A DNA stretch of 64,000 bases from Azolla caroliniana (taxonomy: Eukaryota > Plantae > Polypodiophyta). The stretch is taken from the NCBI GenBank assembly GCA_043228905.1, contig JBHGNT010000009.1, positions 1,736,001 through 1,800,000 on the forward strand. The letters run 5' to 3'. The position numbers and the translations under genes are program-made. The stretch's first letter is position 1. Every line of letters starts with the position of its first letter. Shown here in pieces: positions 61,027 through 64,000 of the stretch. The notes beneath the pieces are model-generated. The model searched no databases. It saw only the letters and a program-made list of their open reading frames with translations, and was not told the DNA's origin.

Positions 61027-63485
61027 TATCTTTGTCTCTTCCTTTTTGTCTGTTGCCCCACATTTTTTGTCTCTAGACTTGTCCCTTCATTGGAAAGATA
61101 TGGGAAATAACACATACACTAGGTACTTAGCAACTAACTCATAGTACTCTCATGATATTTCTCTCGTACTTGATGTGAAGTCAGAGGTCATTATATACCA
61201 TTGGTTGTCTTGCACACGTGACATGAGACTCATTTGGGTGCACTTTTAATTTATATAAATGAAGACAAGGAAATGGAAGAATGAACCATATGACTATGAA
61301 ACTTTATAGCCTCCATGAACCTCACCATAACCACAAGTAAATAAATATAATTTCTCTATTTTGACATAGAACAACAGATTTTTGACAATAGGTTATAAAT
61401 TGCTTCGTAAATGTTAATGATATAATTGGATAGTCATATGTTTAATGTGTATGTGCTTACCATATGAGTAATCGATATGTTTTATTCAATATTCATTTTT
61501 TTACTATGAATGATGGCTTTGAAGGTGGTAAGGAATGTTGAAATAAGTGACTTCATCGAAGGTTCTCCAATTGTAAGGAATTTTAAGATCAAGACCTACT
61601 TTGATGACATAGTTTGGGCTACTCCAAACCATTTGGATTTGCTATAATTACTATCATTTTCTTCATGGCCAAAACGCCCATTCAATCAAAGGAGATACCA
61701 CACTTATGTGCTAGTATATGAAGCTTAAGCTCAAATTCTGTCCTCAACCTCAGCCCTTCAATCTACAAACTTAGACTTCTATATTCATGATACAAAAGTA
61801 TTGATACCATCATCAAAAATTACTTGGTAAAACAAAGTATGAAAGCAATGTCTTCATACTAACATTATAGACTTAGATATGTGCAAATATTATTGCTCAT
61901 AGGTTTCCTGCTGAGATTATGGAAATTCTAAAACCCATATATATATATACACACACACACATCACAGTGTGATGGTTAAACCTCAGCTTAGCAGTGATAA
62001 GGTAATGACTCCCAACTTTCTTAAGCAATGAGTTTTAAATCACATGTGCGCATATTTAAAAATTGTCAGTGATTTTGCCTCTAATAGATAAATTTGACAT
62101 TTGTTTACAATTCCATGTATTCACAATGCTAATGCTGGAGGGTGTCAAATAGCAGCAAATTAATGACATGGTGGTGATATTTTAAGATCCTTAAAAGGCC
62201 AAAACCACAGGTATGGGACACAAAAAAAGCATGATGAAACAATCTCTTATGTAGTTGTTATTCATGTATTTTAAAGATCACTCTTATGATGAAATAGGGA
62301 GCACACACGTCACATTCTACATATAGTATAAGGTGAGATTCGAGCCCTTCAATCAAGTTGCCTATCTTAGTTCGCAATTGCTTAGATTCCTAATGGTGTA
62401 TAGACATGAAATTTCTATCTTGAGAATCCTAAATGCTAACAATAATGTACAAAATAAGTGATTCATGAGAGTACAAAGTGAGCACACAAAATGCAACCGA
62501 TGAGAAAGATACATTATACCTCATAAAACGATGATGATAGATGCCAATCTATGATGTAATTTACAAGGAAAGAATGGATCCCTACATTTTTACATAATCT
62601 AGGTCAACATTAGTCATCAATATCTTATTGGAAATTCTTAAAAGAATCATACATCATCATCATCATTATGGCCAAGACACTATACTAACCTGTATAGAAC
62701 TTCACACCATTGGTCGCTTGATATGAAAGCACCACATATTTCAAAGAGAATCATAGACAACCTTATCAAACGGAATAAGATTAAAAAATAACAAATATCA
62801 AAATTTGCTACTGTATATTGCAGTGAACCACGTCTGCATGCTAAAGTTTTTGATGGTTTGCACATCTAGTTAACTCACATAACCACCATGACTCATCATT
62901 CATTGGATACAAACATCGCTTCATCTGATTTCTTCTAGTATCAAGCCTCATTTGCTTGGGATACTTTATAAGCATAAACCATCATCCACTACATACAAAC
63001 AGGAGATAATGTCTGGCCACTTCTAATAAATTGGTTGGGATGGGAAGAGAGGCAGATAAATTAGAAATCGATCAAAATCAGTCCTCCCTAATTGCTTACA
63101 TCTCTCTAAAAATATGACTAACAGAAAACTACAGTTAATCAAAAAACTATACCTTTCTAGTGTACAGATGCTCCCTTATCTCATACCCCGAAGAGACTTT
63201 CACCAGCATGTGAAACCAAGAATATAAAATACAGTGATTGGACCAAATAATGACTGTACAATATTGACGCCCAATTTAGATATTAGTGAAAGTGATCATG
63301 AATACTGAAGGACAAGATATCCCAAGGTGACTGAAACGAAACCTCTCAATCAGAACAAACAAACTAGGAATCACAAGGCAAGAATTTCCCAGCAATACAA
63401 AGACTAATACACATTTATACAGCAAACAGTCTATATTCAAATTACAGGTATAGGCTTGTCAGCAAAATCACACTGAAAGGACCCC

Positions 63486-63867
63486 TTACAATTCAGTCAA
63501 TCCTTCTAATTCTTTGATCAAAAGTTCCTTCTCTTCATGAAATTGCTCATCTTCTGTAATGCAAACAGCATAACTTCATGCCTATCTTATATATGATTTA
63601 CTTAACATAAAGTCAAACATAAATAGATCCATGCATGACACTTTCACAGTTGTTTCATGACACCTAAACCCTAAATTCTAAGTAGCATGCAAATATAAGA
63701 TCACAGCTAAATACCTGAAGTTTAAAGAAGTAGATAAATGATGAGAAAAAGAAAGGGAGAGCACCTTTATCAAGATGAAATTCCTCCAAAAAGGCCAACA
63801 GCTTATTGCGATTTTGTAATAAGATTTTTACTATAGAGGATGGCTTTCGGGGATTGGCAACAAAGAC
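63486..63867 (-). CDS. MO25: MO25/CAB39-like scaffold protein, last two exons (gene continues beyond the window)
   Basis: Exon 63867-63765 VFVANPRKPSSIVKILLQNRNKLLAFLEEFHLDK and exon 63553-63486 EDEQFHEEKELLIKELEGLTEL*, joined by a phase-1 GT-AG intron. Matches the MO25 C-terminal consensus VFVANPxK...NxxKL...DEQFxxEK. Confidence 0.9.
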
Positions 63868-64000
63868 CTAGATTAGAACACAAAAGTGAACATTCAGATT
63901 CTGCAAATGGATTAGTACACAAGACTCATACTTCAAAGATTAGTGATGTTGCGAATTAATTTCCTACCTTCCCCCTGAAGGTAAACATTTGCATCGATAC

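Overview
Eukaryotic, AT-rich land-plant nuclear DNA. A non-seed plant such as a fern or lycophyte is plausible but cannot be determined from the sequence. I reconstructed seven intron-aware gene models by hand: (1) a complete 14-exon CBL-interacting protein kinase (CIPK23-like, 9106-13360, +); (2) a putative 3-exon orphan gene with a Cys-rich N-terminus and Tyr/Pro/Asn repeats (18642-20362, +); (3) a 3-exon TPR-like protein, probably plastid-targeted, with a C-terminal membrane anchor (25160-27283, +); (4) a small protein ending in a WxGPxDxDGWGFVEA motif (about 29018-30624, +); (5) an 8-exon LIN/CERBERUS-family ARM protein with no visible U-box or WD40 domain (41505-49197, +); (6) a single-exon small 'SWADQWD' family protein (54756-55052, -); (7) the last two exons of an MO25/CAB39 gene (63486-63867, -). 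Intergenic DNA is mostly decayed transposons (LINE, Copia, hAT, and possibly Helitron, MULE and piggyBac), microsatellites and local duplications. Most notable: a structurally complete 1.3-kb non-coding LTR element (TRIM-like, tRNA-Ala primer site) whose interior is largely a ~50-bp minisatellite, inserted ~190 bp upstream of the TPR gene; a module of two convergent tRNA-like Pol III heads present twice; and an apparently perfect 3 x 292-bp tandem triplication. All calls are from manual reading; no searches were run.
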